From NCBI GenBank assembly GCA_038127595.1, contig JAYPIC010000020.1, positions 1 to 26,291 on the forward strand: DNA of 26,291 bases. Direction: 5' to 3'. Below the pieces are notes generated by a model that saw nothing but the letters and a program-made list of their open reading frames with translations, did no database searches and was not told where the DNA came from. Numbering within the stretch: position 1 is the first letter of the stretch; the number at the start of each line of letters is the position of its first letter. Both the position numbers and the translations under genes were made by a program. The DNA comes from a bacterium (GTDB lineage: Bacteria; Fidelibacterota; Marinisomatia; Marinisomatales; UBA1611). Below are positions 18,461 through 25,700 of the stretch, one piece after another.

Positions 18461-19708
18461 ATGAAAATTGCAATTATTGGCTCAGGCATATCAGGTCTCA
18501 CAGCGGGGTACTTACTTAATAGAAATCATGACATTTCAATATATGAAGCTAATGACTACATTGGAGGTCACACACATACCCATCATATAGAGCTAGATAA
18601 TAATAATTACGCTGTCGATACTGGCTTCATTGTCTACAACGAGCGGACATATCCTAATTTTATTAAACTTTTGGATCAGCTTGGAGTTGAAAGGCAGTTA
18701 TCTACGATGGGTTTCAGTGTAAAGTCTATAAACGAAGATTATGAATATTCTGGTGAGTCTTTAAATACTCTATTTGCTAAAAGGTCCAATATTTTTAGAG
18801 TTGGATTTTTGAGAATGCTTTATGAAATGTATAAGTTTGGTAAAGAGGCTGATGCTTCAGGTGCAGGGTTGGATTCATCAATAACTCTAGGACAATATCT
18901 TAAGTCAAAAAATTATTCAGATGAATTTATTCATTATTTTATAACCCCTATGGGCGCAGCAATATGGTCCACTCCAGCTAACAAAGTTTTGGATATGCCA
19001 GCTTATTTTTTCATTAAATTTTTTTACAATCATGGCATGCTAGAAATAGTAAATAGGCCAAAATGGTGGGTTATAAAAAATGGTTCATCCCAGTACATTA
19101 AAAAAATAATAAAAGGGTTTGAAAACAAAATACATTTATCATCGGCAGTAGTCAAAGTATCTAGGTCAAAAGAAGGGGTAGAAATATTTTTATCTAACCA
19201 TAATGAAACATTAAAATTTGATGCAGTGATTTTTGCTACTCATAGTGATCAAGCCCTTAAATTACTTGACCGTCCTACAGAATTAGAGTCTGAAATTTTA
19301 CAAGCGTTCCCATATCAAAAAAATGACGTCATGCTGCACACTGACTCATCAGTTCTACCAACAAGAAAGTTGGCTTGGGCTAGTTGGAATTATCAATTAG
19401 ATAGAGACCCTAGCGCTCCAGTAGTCCTCACATATAACATGAATATCCTTCAATCAATTAAGGCAAAGAAAACCTTTTGTGTAACATTAAATGACTTTAA
19501 TTCTGTCGATCAAAATAAAGTAATTAAAAAAATAACCTACCATCATCCTTTATTCACTGTTGATTCTATAAAAGCACAAAAAAGAAAACACGAAATTAGT
19601 GGGATTAATAGTACGTATTATTGTGGCGCGTATTGGAGGAATGGATTTCATGAAGATGGAGTAGTCAGTGCTCTAGACGTATGTGAACAATTCGGGGAAG
19701 TGCTGTGA
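18461..19708 (+). CDS. FAD-dependent oxidoreductase, UfaD-like (putative fatty-acyl desaturase of the furan fatty acid pathway)
   Basis: KIAIIGSGISGL, GGHTHT, VDTGFIVYNERTYPNF, AWASWNY, YHHP and GAYWRNGFHEDG. Directly upstream of DUF1365 and cfa-like genes. Confidence 0.85.
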   Translation: MKIAIIGSGISGLTAGYLLNRNHDISIYEANDYIGGHTHTHHIELDNNNYAVDTGFIVYNERTYPNFIKLLDQLGVERQLSTMGFSVKSINEDYEYSGESLNTLFAKRSNIFRVGFLRMLYEMYKFGKEADASGAGLDSSITLGQYLKSKNYSDEFIHYFITPMGAAIWSTPANKVLDMPAYFFIKFFYNHGMLEIVNRPKWWVIKNGSSQYIKKIIKGFENKIHLSSAVVKVSRSKEGVEIFLSNHNETLKFDAVIFATHSDQALKLLDRPTELESEILQAFPYQKNDVMLHTDSSVLPTRKLAWASWNYQLDRDPSAPVVLTYNMNILQSIKAKKTFCVTLNDFNSVDQNKVIKKITYHHPLFTVDSIKAQKRKHEISGINSTYYCGAYWRNGFHEDGVVSALDVCEQFGEVL

Positions 19709-20472
19709 GCATTTCAACAGATCACTATATCTATACTGGCATGGTTAAACATCGTAGATATACACCATTCAAAAGAGAATTTTCATACCCTATTTTCATG
19801 CTTTACTTGGATATTAATGACTTGGATAGCGTTATGAAAAAATCTCTTTTTTGGAATGTGGATAAACCAGCAGTTGTATCATTTAATAGAAAAGATTTTC
19901 ATAATGTTGAAACAAAATCCTTGGACAAAGCAATAAGAGATACCGTAGAACAAAAAATCGGCTCAAGGCCTATTGGTAAAATAAGAATGTTAGCTCATCT
20001 TCGCTATTTTGGTTATTGTTTTAATCCAGTAAGTTTTTACTATTGTTTTGATAAAGATGATAATAAAGTTGAATTTATTTTAGCAGAAGTAACAAACACG
20101 CCCTGGAAAGAGAGGTTTTCCTACGTGTTACGTGCCTCAAATAATAAACAAGAAAATAAAATTAAATCTGAAATGAAAAAGGAGCTTCATGTCTCCCCGT
20201 TTTGGGATATGGAACATGTATATGACTGGGCATTTAGTAGCCCAATGGATAAGCTTAATGTGTTTATGAAAAATTATAAGGATGGCGAAAAAGTATTTGA
20301 TGCTACATTAAATTTGAAAAGGAGTATTCTGAATGAAAAAAGTTTGTTTTCTTCAGTTTTTAAGTACCCCTTCATGACCATTAAAGTTGTATTTTGGATT
20401 CACCTGCAAGCTTTTTTTCTTTGGCTTCGAGGCGCAACCTTTTTCATACATCCAAGCAAGGTAAAAAATTAG
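19705..20472 (+). CDS. DUF1365 protein, UfaO-like
   Basis: HRRYTP, RYFGYCFNPVSFYYC, AEVTNTPWKER, KELHVSPF and IHLQAFFLW. GTGA overlap with the upstream gene. Confidence 0.9.
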   Translation: MSISTDHYIYTGMVKHRRYTPFKREFSYPIFMLYLDINDLDSVMKKSLFWNVDKPAVVSFNRKDFHNVETKSLDKAIRDTVEQKIGSRPIGKIRMLAHLRYFGYCFNPVSFYYCFDKDDNKVEFILAEVTNTPWKERFSYVLRASNNKQENKIKSEMKKELHVSPFWDMEHVYDWAFSSPMDKLNVFMKNYKDGEKVFDATLNLKRSILNEKSLFSSVFKYPFMTIKVVFWIHLQAFFLWLRGATFFIHPSKVKN

Positions 20473-20491
20473 TTTTATAGAAAGCGTACAA

Positions 20492-21763
20492 ATGGCAAAT
20501 AATTTTTCAATTGAAAAGGCGGCATCTGATACGAGGATAACTAGAAAGCCGGGAATATTAGTTAAAATATTTCGAGGATTACTTTTATCACAGTTTAAAG
20601 AAATAAAACACGGATGTATAGTTCTAAATGAGGGAGAAGAGCGCATAGTATTTGGTGATGAAAACTCCTCATTGAAAGTGGAGGCCCATATTTATTCTAA
20701 CGAGTTTTACGTATTGGCTGGAAGTGGTGGAGACCTTGGAATAGCTGAGGCATATTCTGCAGGATATTGGGATGCTGACGATATGGTTAAAATCATACAG
20801 ATCGTAATAAAAAATCAGGACATTCAAAAAGGCCTAGAAGGCGGGTTTGCTAAACTTTTAAGCCCTGTTAATAGAATGATTCACCGCTCTCGACGAAATA
20901 CTGTTTCTGGAAGTAAAGAAAATATTGTAGCTCATTATGATCTTAGTAATGAGTTCTTTCAAGCGTGGTTAGATAAAAGCATGACATATTCCTGCGCAAT
21001 TTTTGAGCCAGAGAATTTATCTTTGTATGATGCTTCCATTGAGAAGTTAGATCGAATATGTAGGAAGCTTGATCTAACATCTGATGATCACATAATTGAG
21101 ATTGGCACTGGGTGGGGTAGTTTTGCCCTGCATGCAGCAAAAAAGTACGGTTGCAAGATCACAACGACTACCATTTCAAATAGGCAGCATGAATATGTTT
21201 CTAACTTAATAAAAGTCGAAGGATTAGAGGAGAAAATTACATTATTGAAGGATGATTATAGATCTCTTAATGGTCAATATGATAAATTGGTTTCGATAGA
21301 AATGATTGAAGCTGTTGGGTATAATTTCATCCAAAACTTTTTTGAAACCTGCTCTAGGTTATTAAAACCTAATGGCTTGATGGCTATTCAGGGCATTACC
21401 TACCACGAGCAAGGATTTGAAAATCATTTAAAATCGGTAGACTTTATTAAAAAATATATTTTCCCTGGATCTAATTTAATATCTGTTAATCATGTGCTTT
21501 CTGTCATTAAATCTTACACTGATTTATCCTTAGTTCACTTGGAGGACATTACAAAATACTACGCTGAGACCTTAAAATTGTGGAGAAATAAATACAAAGA
21601 TGAGTTTGACAAAATCAAAGATATGGGATATAGCGATGAATTTTTAAGAATGTGGGATTATTATTTTATTTACTGCGAAGCGGGTTTTAGAGAAAGGTTC
21701 ATTGGCGATGTCCAGTTGGTTATGGCAAAGCCAAGTAATAAAAATATTCAAATAAACTATTAA
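20492..21763 (+). CDS. cfa: Cfa-family SAM-dependent fatty-acyl methyltransferase (cyclopropane synthase / UfaM-like)
   Basis: NIVAHYDLSNEFF, MTYSCA, EIGTGWG, VSIEMIEAVG, FIKKYIFPG and RMWDYY..YCEAGF. Confidence 0.9.
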   Translation: MANNFSIEKAASDTRITRKPGILVKIFRGLLLSQFKEIKHGCIVLNEGEERIVFGDENSSLKVEAHIYSNEFYVLAGSGGDLGIAEAYSAGYWDADDMVKIIQIVIKNQDIQKGLEGGFAKLLSPVNRMIHRSRRNTVSGSKENIVAHYDLSNEFFQAWLDKSMTYSCAIFEPENLSLYDASIEKLDRICRKLDLTSDDHIIEIGTGWGSFALHAAKKYGCKITTTTISNRQHEYVSNLIKVEGLEEKITLLKDDYRSLNGQYDKLVSIEMIEAVGYNFIQNFFETCSRLLKPNGLMAIQGITYHEQGFENHLKSVDFIKKYIFPGSNLISVNHVLSVIKSYTDLSLVHLEDITKYYAETLKLWRNKYKDEFDKIKDMGYSDEFLRMWDYYFIYCEAGFRERFIGDVQLVMAKPSNKNIQINY

Positions 21764-21768
21764 TACAT

Positions 21769-22809
21769 ATGATAAAAACATTAATTGATTTAGCAGAAAA
21801 AGGTATTATGCCAGACTTTTTAATTAGAAGCGGTATAAAAAGAATGCAAAAAGAACGATTGCTATGGGCAAAGTCGAGGTCTGTTTCTGAAGTTGAGGCC
21901 CATCATCAAAATTGGGTAGATGAAATGAAGAAGAGCTCAATAGCTTATGTTCCTGAAAAAGCGAATGAGCAACATTACGAAGTTCCTCCTGCTTTTTTCG
22001 AGAATGCATTGGGGAAACATTTAAAATATAGCTCAGGTTATTGGCCAAGTGGTATTGATACATTAGATGATTCAGAGTTTGCTATGCTAGAATTAAGTGC
22101 AAAAAGAGCAGAGTTAAGTGATGGAATTGATATACTAGAATTAGGTTGTGGATGGGGGTCTCTAACCTTGTATATGGCAAAAGAATTTCCAAATAGTTCT
22201 ATCACAGCCGTTAGTAATTCAAAAGATCAAAGGTTGTTTATCGAGAAAAAATGCCAAGAACGAAACATTGGAAATGTGAAAATTATAACAGCAGATATGA
22301 ATGAATTTTCAATAGATGATAAATTTGACAGAATAGTATCAGTCGAGATGTTTGAGCATATGAGAAATTATGAGCAGTTATTAGATAAAGTTTCAAGCTG
22401 GTTGAAGCCAAGCGGAAAGTTATTCATCCATATATTTACCCATAAAACTCTAGTGTATCCCTTTACAGAGGATGGTGAGGGCGATTGGATGGGACGTAAT
22501 TTTTTTAGCGGAGGTATTATGCCATCGCATCAATTGCTTTTGTATTTTCAAAAAAGATTAAATATTGAAGAAAGTTGGCGTTTTAATGGTTCACATTATG
22601 AGAAAACTTCACTTGCATGGTTGAATAAAATGGATGCCAATAAGAATAAAATTATGTCAATTTTTAGTGAAACATACGGTGATGAGAATGCATCCATTTG
22701 GTTTCAAAGGTGGCGTATATTTTTTATGGCATGTGAAGTGTTGTTTGGTTATGATAATGGTAATGAGTGGGGAGTATCGCATTATAGATTTGTAAAATCT
22801 TCCGATTAA
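21769..22809 (+). CDS. Second Cfa-related class I SAM methyltransferase (coclaurine N-methyltransferase-like subfamily)
   Basis: ANEQHYEVP, LKYSSGYW, LELGCGWGS, VSVEMFEHMRNY, FFSGGIMPS and RWRIFFMAC. Confidence 0.88.
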   Translation: MIKTLIDLAEKGIMPDFLIRSGIKRMQKERLLWAKSRSVSEVEAHHQNWVDEMKKSSIAYVPEKANEQHYEVPPAFFENALGKHLKYSSGYWPSGIDTLDDSEFAMLELSAKRAELSDGIDILELGCGWGSLTLYMAKEFPNSSITAVSNSKDQRLFIEKKCQERNIGNVKIITADMNEFSIDDKFDRIVSVEMFEHMRNYEQLLDKVSSWLKPSGKLFIHIFTHKTLVYPFTEDGEGDWMGRNFFSGGIMPSHQLLLYFQKRLNIEESWRFNGSHYEKTSLAWLNKMDANKNKIMSIFSETYGDENASIWFQRWRIFFMACEVLFGYDNGNEWGVSHYRFVKSSD

Positions 22810-22824
22810 ACATTATTATTTGAT

Positions 22825-23553
22825 ATGGTCATTATTTTTATTTTCATAGCGCACTGGTACAGCAGTTTATTTTTTCAGACAGTTTTTTTGCACCGGTATG
22901 CATCCCATCAAATGCTTACAATGTCGAAAAGTTGGGAAAAAGTATTCTTTTTCCTGACATTTCTTACTCAAGGTTCTTCTTTTTTAAATCCTAGGGCCTA
23001 TGCCATACTTCATAGGCTTCATCATAAGCACAGTGATACTGAAAAAGATCCTCATTCACCAATTTTTTCGAAGAATATTATAAAAATGAATCTTGATACT
23101 GTAAAGCATTATGAGTCAGTTAGGCTTAACAAAAAGGATTATTCAAAATATGATTTTGATATGCCTAGGTGGCCTTTGCTAGAAAAAATAGGCGATCACT
23201 GGATTACTCGAATCACTTTCATGGGCCTATACACAGTATTATATGTTGAGTTTGCAACAGCTACGTGGCAATATGCTTTACTTCCAATACATTTTGTGAT
23301 GGGGCCTCTACATGGATCTATCGTTAATTGGTGTGGACATAGATATGGCTACACAAATGATAGAAAAACAAGAGATAACTCAAAGAATACGTTGCCCATA
23401 GATATACTGATGATGGGAGAATTATTTCAAAACAATCATCATAGCAGGCCAAAAAATATCAAGTTCTCAAAGCGTTGGTTCGAGATAGATCCTGGGTACG
23501 CAATTACTAATTTTCTCTCTAAAATAAAAATACTTAGAATAAAAAACGCTTAA
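22825..23553 (+). CDS. Membrane fatty acid (acyl-CoA/acyl-lipid) desaturase, Delta9-like
   Basis: His boxes HRYASH, HRLHH and QNNHH. DTEKDPHSP, VNWCGH and WFEIDPG. Confidence 0.85.
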   Translation: MVIIFIFIAHWYSSLFFQTVFLHRYASHQMLTMSKSWEKVFFFLTFLTQGSSFLNPRAYAILHRLHHKHSDTEKDPHSPIFSKNIIKMNLDTVKHYESVRLNKKDYSKYDFDMPRWPLLEKIGDHWITRITFMGLYTVLYVEFATATWQYALLPIHFVMGPLHGSIVNWCGHRYGYTNDRKTRDNSKNTLPIDILMMGELFQNNHHSRPKNIKFSKRWFEIDPGYAITNFLSKIKILRIKNA

Positions 23554-23568
23554 AACGCTCAAAAATAC

Positions 23569-23598
23569 TTGACATATACCTTTGCCTATCAATAATAT
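23569..23598 (+). promoter_or_regulatory. Putative sigma70 promoter for the 23604 ORF (probably leaderless)
   Basis: Perfect TTGACA at 23569-23574, 18 bp spacer, TAATAT at 23593-23598, A-rich UP-like tract upstream. ATG starts 6 nt after the end of the -10 box. Confidence 0.6.
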
Positions 23599-23603
23599 AT
23601 GGC

Positions 23604-23867
23604 ATGGTTATTAAGAACAGTAGTTTTGAAAACGATATCAAAATTGAAAAGTACGGCAAGCACGTAAGTGTAAATATGGGTACTCAATACGCTGTAGTGT
23701 CATGTACAAAACACCACCTTTCTGATTTTGTAAAAGTTGTAGATGAACTGTCCATGAAAGGATGGGTTATCACCTCAGGTCTTACATCCGAGGATGGGAA
23801 GGTCTTCCAAGCTATGTCTAAATCACCAGCCGATAACAATAACGTTAATAGGAACAAAGGAGTTTAG
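23604..23867 (+). CDS. Small hypothetical protein (possible DUF1737-like C-terminal half)
   Basis: 87 aa ORF filling the gap behind a promoter. FVKVVDELSMKGW...G......FQAM recalls DUF1737, recognised weakly. Confidence 0.6.
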   Translation: MVIKNSSFENDIKIEKYGKHVSVNMGTQYAVVSCTKHHLSDFVKVVDELSMKGWVITSGLTSEDGKVFQAMSKSPADNNNVNRNKGV

Positions 23868-23869
23868 CT

Positions 23870-24112
23870 ATGACAATATTACAAGCTGTAGCTGCTGGAT
23901 TAGAAAATACAGAAAAGCGTAAAGAACCAAAAAAGAAAGCCGATAGGTATTTTTTAGACGGCAAAGTTGCTGATAGAGAACTAAAAGTATGTAATCTTTG
24001 CAAGATAGTCTGGCAAAGACATGTATTTAATGGTAAAACAACTATCAAGTACTATGATGAAGTGCCAAGATACGGTAAAGAAAAGTGTGTCTGCCCTAGC
24101 TGTAGTCAATAA
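23870..24112 (+). CDS. Small basic hypothetical protein with putative zinc ribbon
   Basis: AAGGAG ribosome-binding site just upstream. CNLC and CVCPSC cysteine pairs; Lys/Arg-rich N-terminal half. Confidence 0.65.
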   Translation: MTILQAVAAGLENTEKRKEPKKKADRYFLDGKVADRELKVCNLCKIVWQRHVFNGKTTIKYYDEVPRYGKEKCVCPSCSQ

Positions 24113-24123
24113 TTATATAAATT

Positions 24124-24834
24124 TTGAATATATTAATTATAAATGCATCTGGACGCACTGGATCTGCCATTGTTAAAGAGCTATCTGGTTCAGAGTCTAA
24201 TCTAATTTTAACATCAGGATCTTCTGATTCCGTAGATGGATTAGACGCCATTCAATGGCGGTATGAAGGTGAAGACTCTGTGGAATCATTATTTAATGAT
24301 GTAAAGTCTAAACATGATGAGATTCATGCTGTAGTAAATTGTCTTGGATCCATATTTTTAAAACCTGCGCATCTTACTAAAAAAGAAGATTTTGACAGCG
24401 TTATAGATTTAAATCTGAGGTCTTCTTTTTTCATTCTAAAAAATTCTATACCGCTCATGAGAAAAAATGGAGGAAGCTTATTATTTTTTTCATCAGCAGC
24501 CGCAAATATTGGTCTTTCCAATCATGAGGCAATAGCAGCAGCTAAAGGCGGTTTGGAAGGTTTAGTAAAATCAGCAGCAGCAACGTATGCGAAAAATAAT
24601 ATTAGAGTAAATGCACTTGCTCTAGGATTAGTTGAGTCAAACTTATCAAACAATATAGTATCAAATCCTGCAGCTTTAGAAGTTTCTAAAAAAATGCATA
24701 GCATTGGCAAGATAGGGTCGCCTGAAATTATTGCAAAATTTGCAACTCCACTAATTTTGGATAGTAGTAGTTGGATTACCGGATCAATCATTAATATTGA
24801 TGGAGGGCTTTCAACAACAAAATTAGTGAGTTAA
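24124..24834 (+). CDS. SDR family oxidoreductase, atypical active site
   Basis: TTG start. NASGRTG cofactor loop, NCLG, FSS, HEAIAAAK in place of YxxxK, IRVNALA and WITGSIINIDGG. Confidence 0.85.
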   Translation: MNILIINASGRTGSAIVKELSGSESNLILTSGSSDSVDGLDAIQWRYEGEDSVESLFNDVKSKHDEIHAVVNCLGSIFLKPAHLTKKEDFDSVIDLNLRSSFFILKNSIPLMRKNGGSLLFFSSAAANIGLSNHEAIAAAKGGLEGLVKSAAATYAKNNIRVNALALGLVESNLSNNIVSNPAALEVSKKMHSIGKIGSPEIIAKFATPLILDSSSWITGSIINIDGGLSTTKLVS

Positions 24835-24836
24835 AC

Positions 24837-25136
24837 ATGGACAAAATAGATCACATAGCAATACAAACTGATTCTATAGAAAAATCGATTAATTGGTATA
24901 AAATGATGTTCGACTGTGAAGTTGAGTTTGAGGACAGTACATGGGCATTAATTAAATTTGAAAATACAAAATTGGCGTTGGTCATTCCTGATCAACACCC
25001 TCCGCACATAGCGATTAAAAGAAAAAATTTAGAGAAATATGGATCTCCTGTCAAGCATCGTGATGGGTCCGAGTCTGTGTATGTTGATTCTCCTGATGAA
25101 AACACCTTTGAATTAATAAGGTATCCATCAGATTGA
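24837..25136 (+). CDS. VOC / glyoxalase family protein
   Basis: IDHIAI, SINWY, HPPHIA and YVDSPDENTFE. Confidence 0.82.
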   Translation: MDKIDHIAIQTDSIEKSINWYKMMFDCEVEFEDSTWALIKFENTKLALVIPDQHPPHIAIKRKNLEKYGSPVKHRDGSESVYVDSPDENTFELIRYPSD

Positions 25137-25669
25137 AATTATTATTCTTACATTTAGCAATATCCTTTGGTATTATTTTTGGAAAGAGTAACATGACTGC
25201 AAAAGATATTTACAGTATAAAATTTAATAATGTTGCCGGTAAAGAAATGTCTTTAGATGAATTTAAAGGGAAAAAGATTTTAGTGGTTAATGTTGCTTCT
25301 TATTGTGGTTACACTCGTCAGTACAAGGACTTGCAAATATTGCAAGACAAATATAGTGATAAGGTGCAGGTTATTGCGTTCCCATGTAATGATTTTGGAT
25401 CGCAAGAGCCAGGTAGTGAAAGTCAAATTGCCCAATTTTGTGAAACAAATTACAATATTAGATTTCCAATTATGAGTAAAGTAAATATAAGGAGCAATCC
25501 AATCCACCCTATTTATGAATGGCTCACAAATAGTGATTTCAATGGTTGGAATGATTCTAAACCGAGATGGAATTTTTACAAATATTTAATTGATGAGAAT
25601 GGGAACTTAATTAAATCCTTTGGTAGTGGTACCAACCCTCTAAGTTCAGAAATCACTGAGTCTTTATAA
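25133..25669 (+). CDS. Glutathione peroxidase family protein (Cys type)
   Basis: VVNVASYCGYT, AFPCNDFGSQEPG and WNFYKYLID. Start is either TTG 25133 or in-frame ATG 25193. Confidence 0.93.
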   Translation: MKLLFLHLAISFGIIFGKSNMTAKDIYSIKFNNVAGKEMSLDEFKGKKILVVNVASYCGYTRQYKDLQILQDKYSDKVQVIAFPCNDFGSQEPGSESQIAQFCETNYNIRFPIMSKVNIRSNPIHPIYEWLTNSDFNGWNDSKPRWNFYKYLIDENGNLIKSFGSGTNPLSSEITESL

Positions 25670-25700
25670 CCACAAAACTCTTGTTATGAGGTAATTACTC

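Noticed and set aside
20473..20491. RpoE/ChrR-type promoter suggested by CGTAC before the cfa-like gene
   Set aside because: No TGATC-like -35 element at suitable spacing upstream.
25290..25475. Alternative-frame + strand 61 aa ORF inside the peroxidase gene
   Set aside because: Fully nested in a conserved gene, with no motif or ribosome-binding site.
485..25507. All minus-strand ORFs in the track (for example 485-781, 2285-2635, 5445-5852, 13879-14220, 24522-24791)
   Set aside because: Each lies antisense to a well-supported + strand gene and shows no recognisable motif; they are shadow ORFs.
25133..25669. Selenocysteine glutathione peroxidase
   Set aside because: The peroxidatic codon is TGT (Cys) and there is no in-frame TGA.
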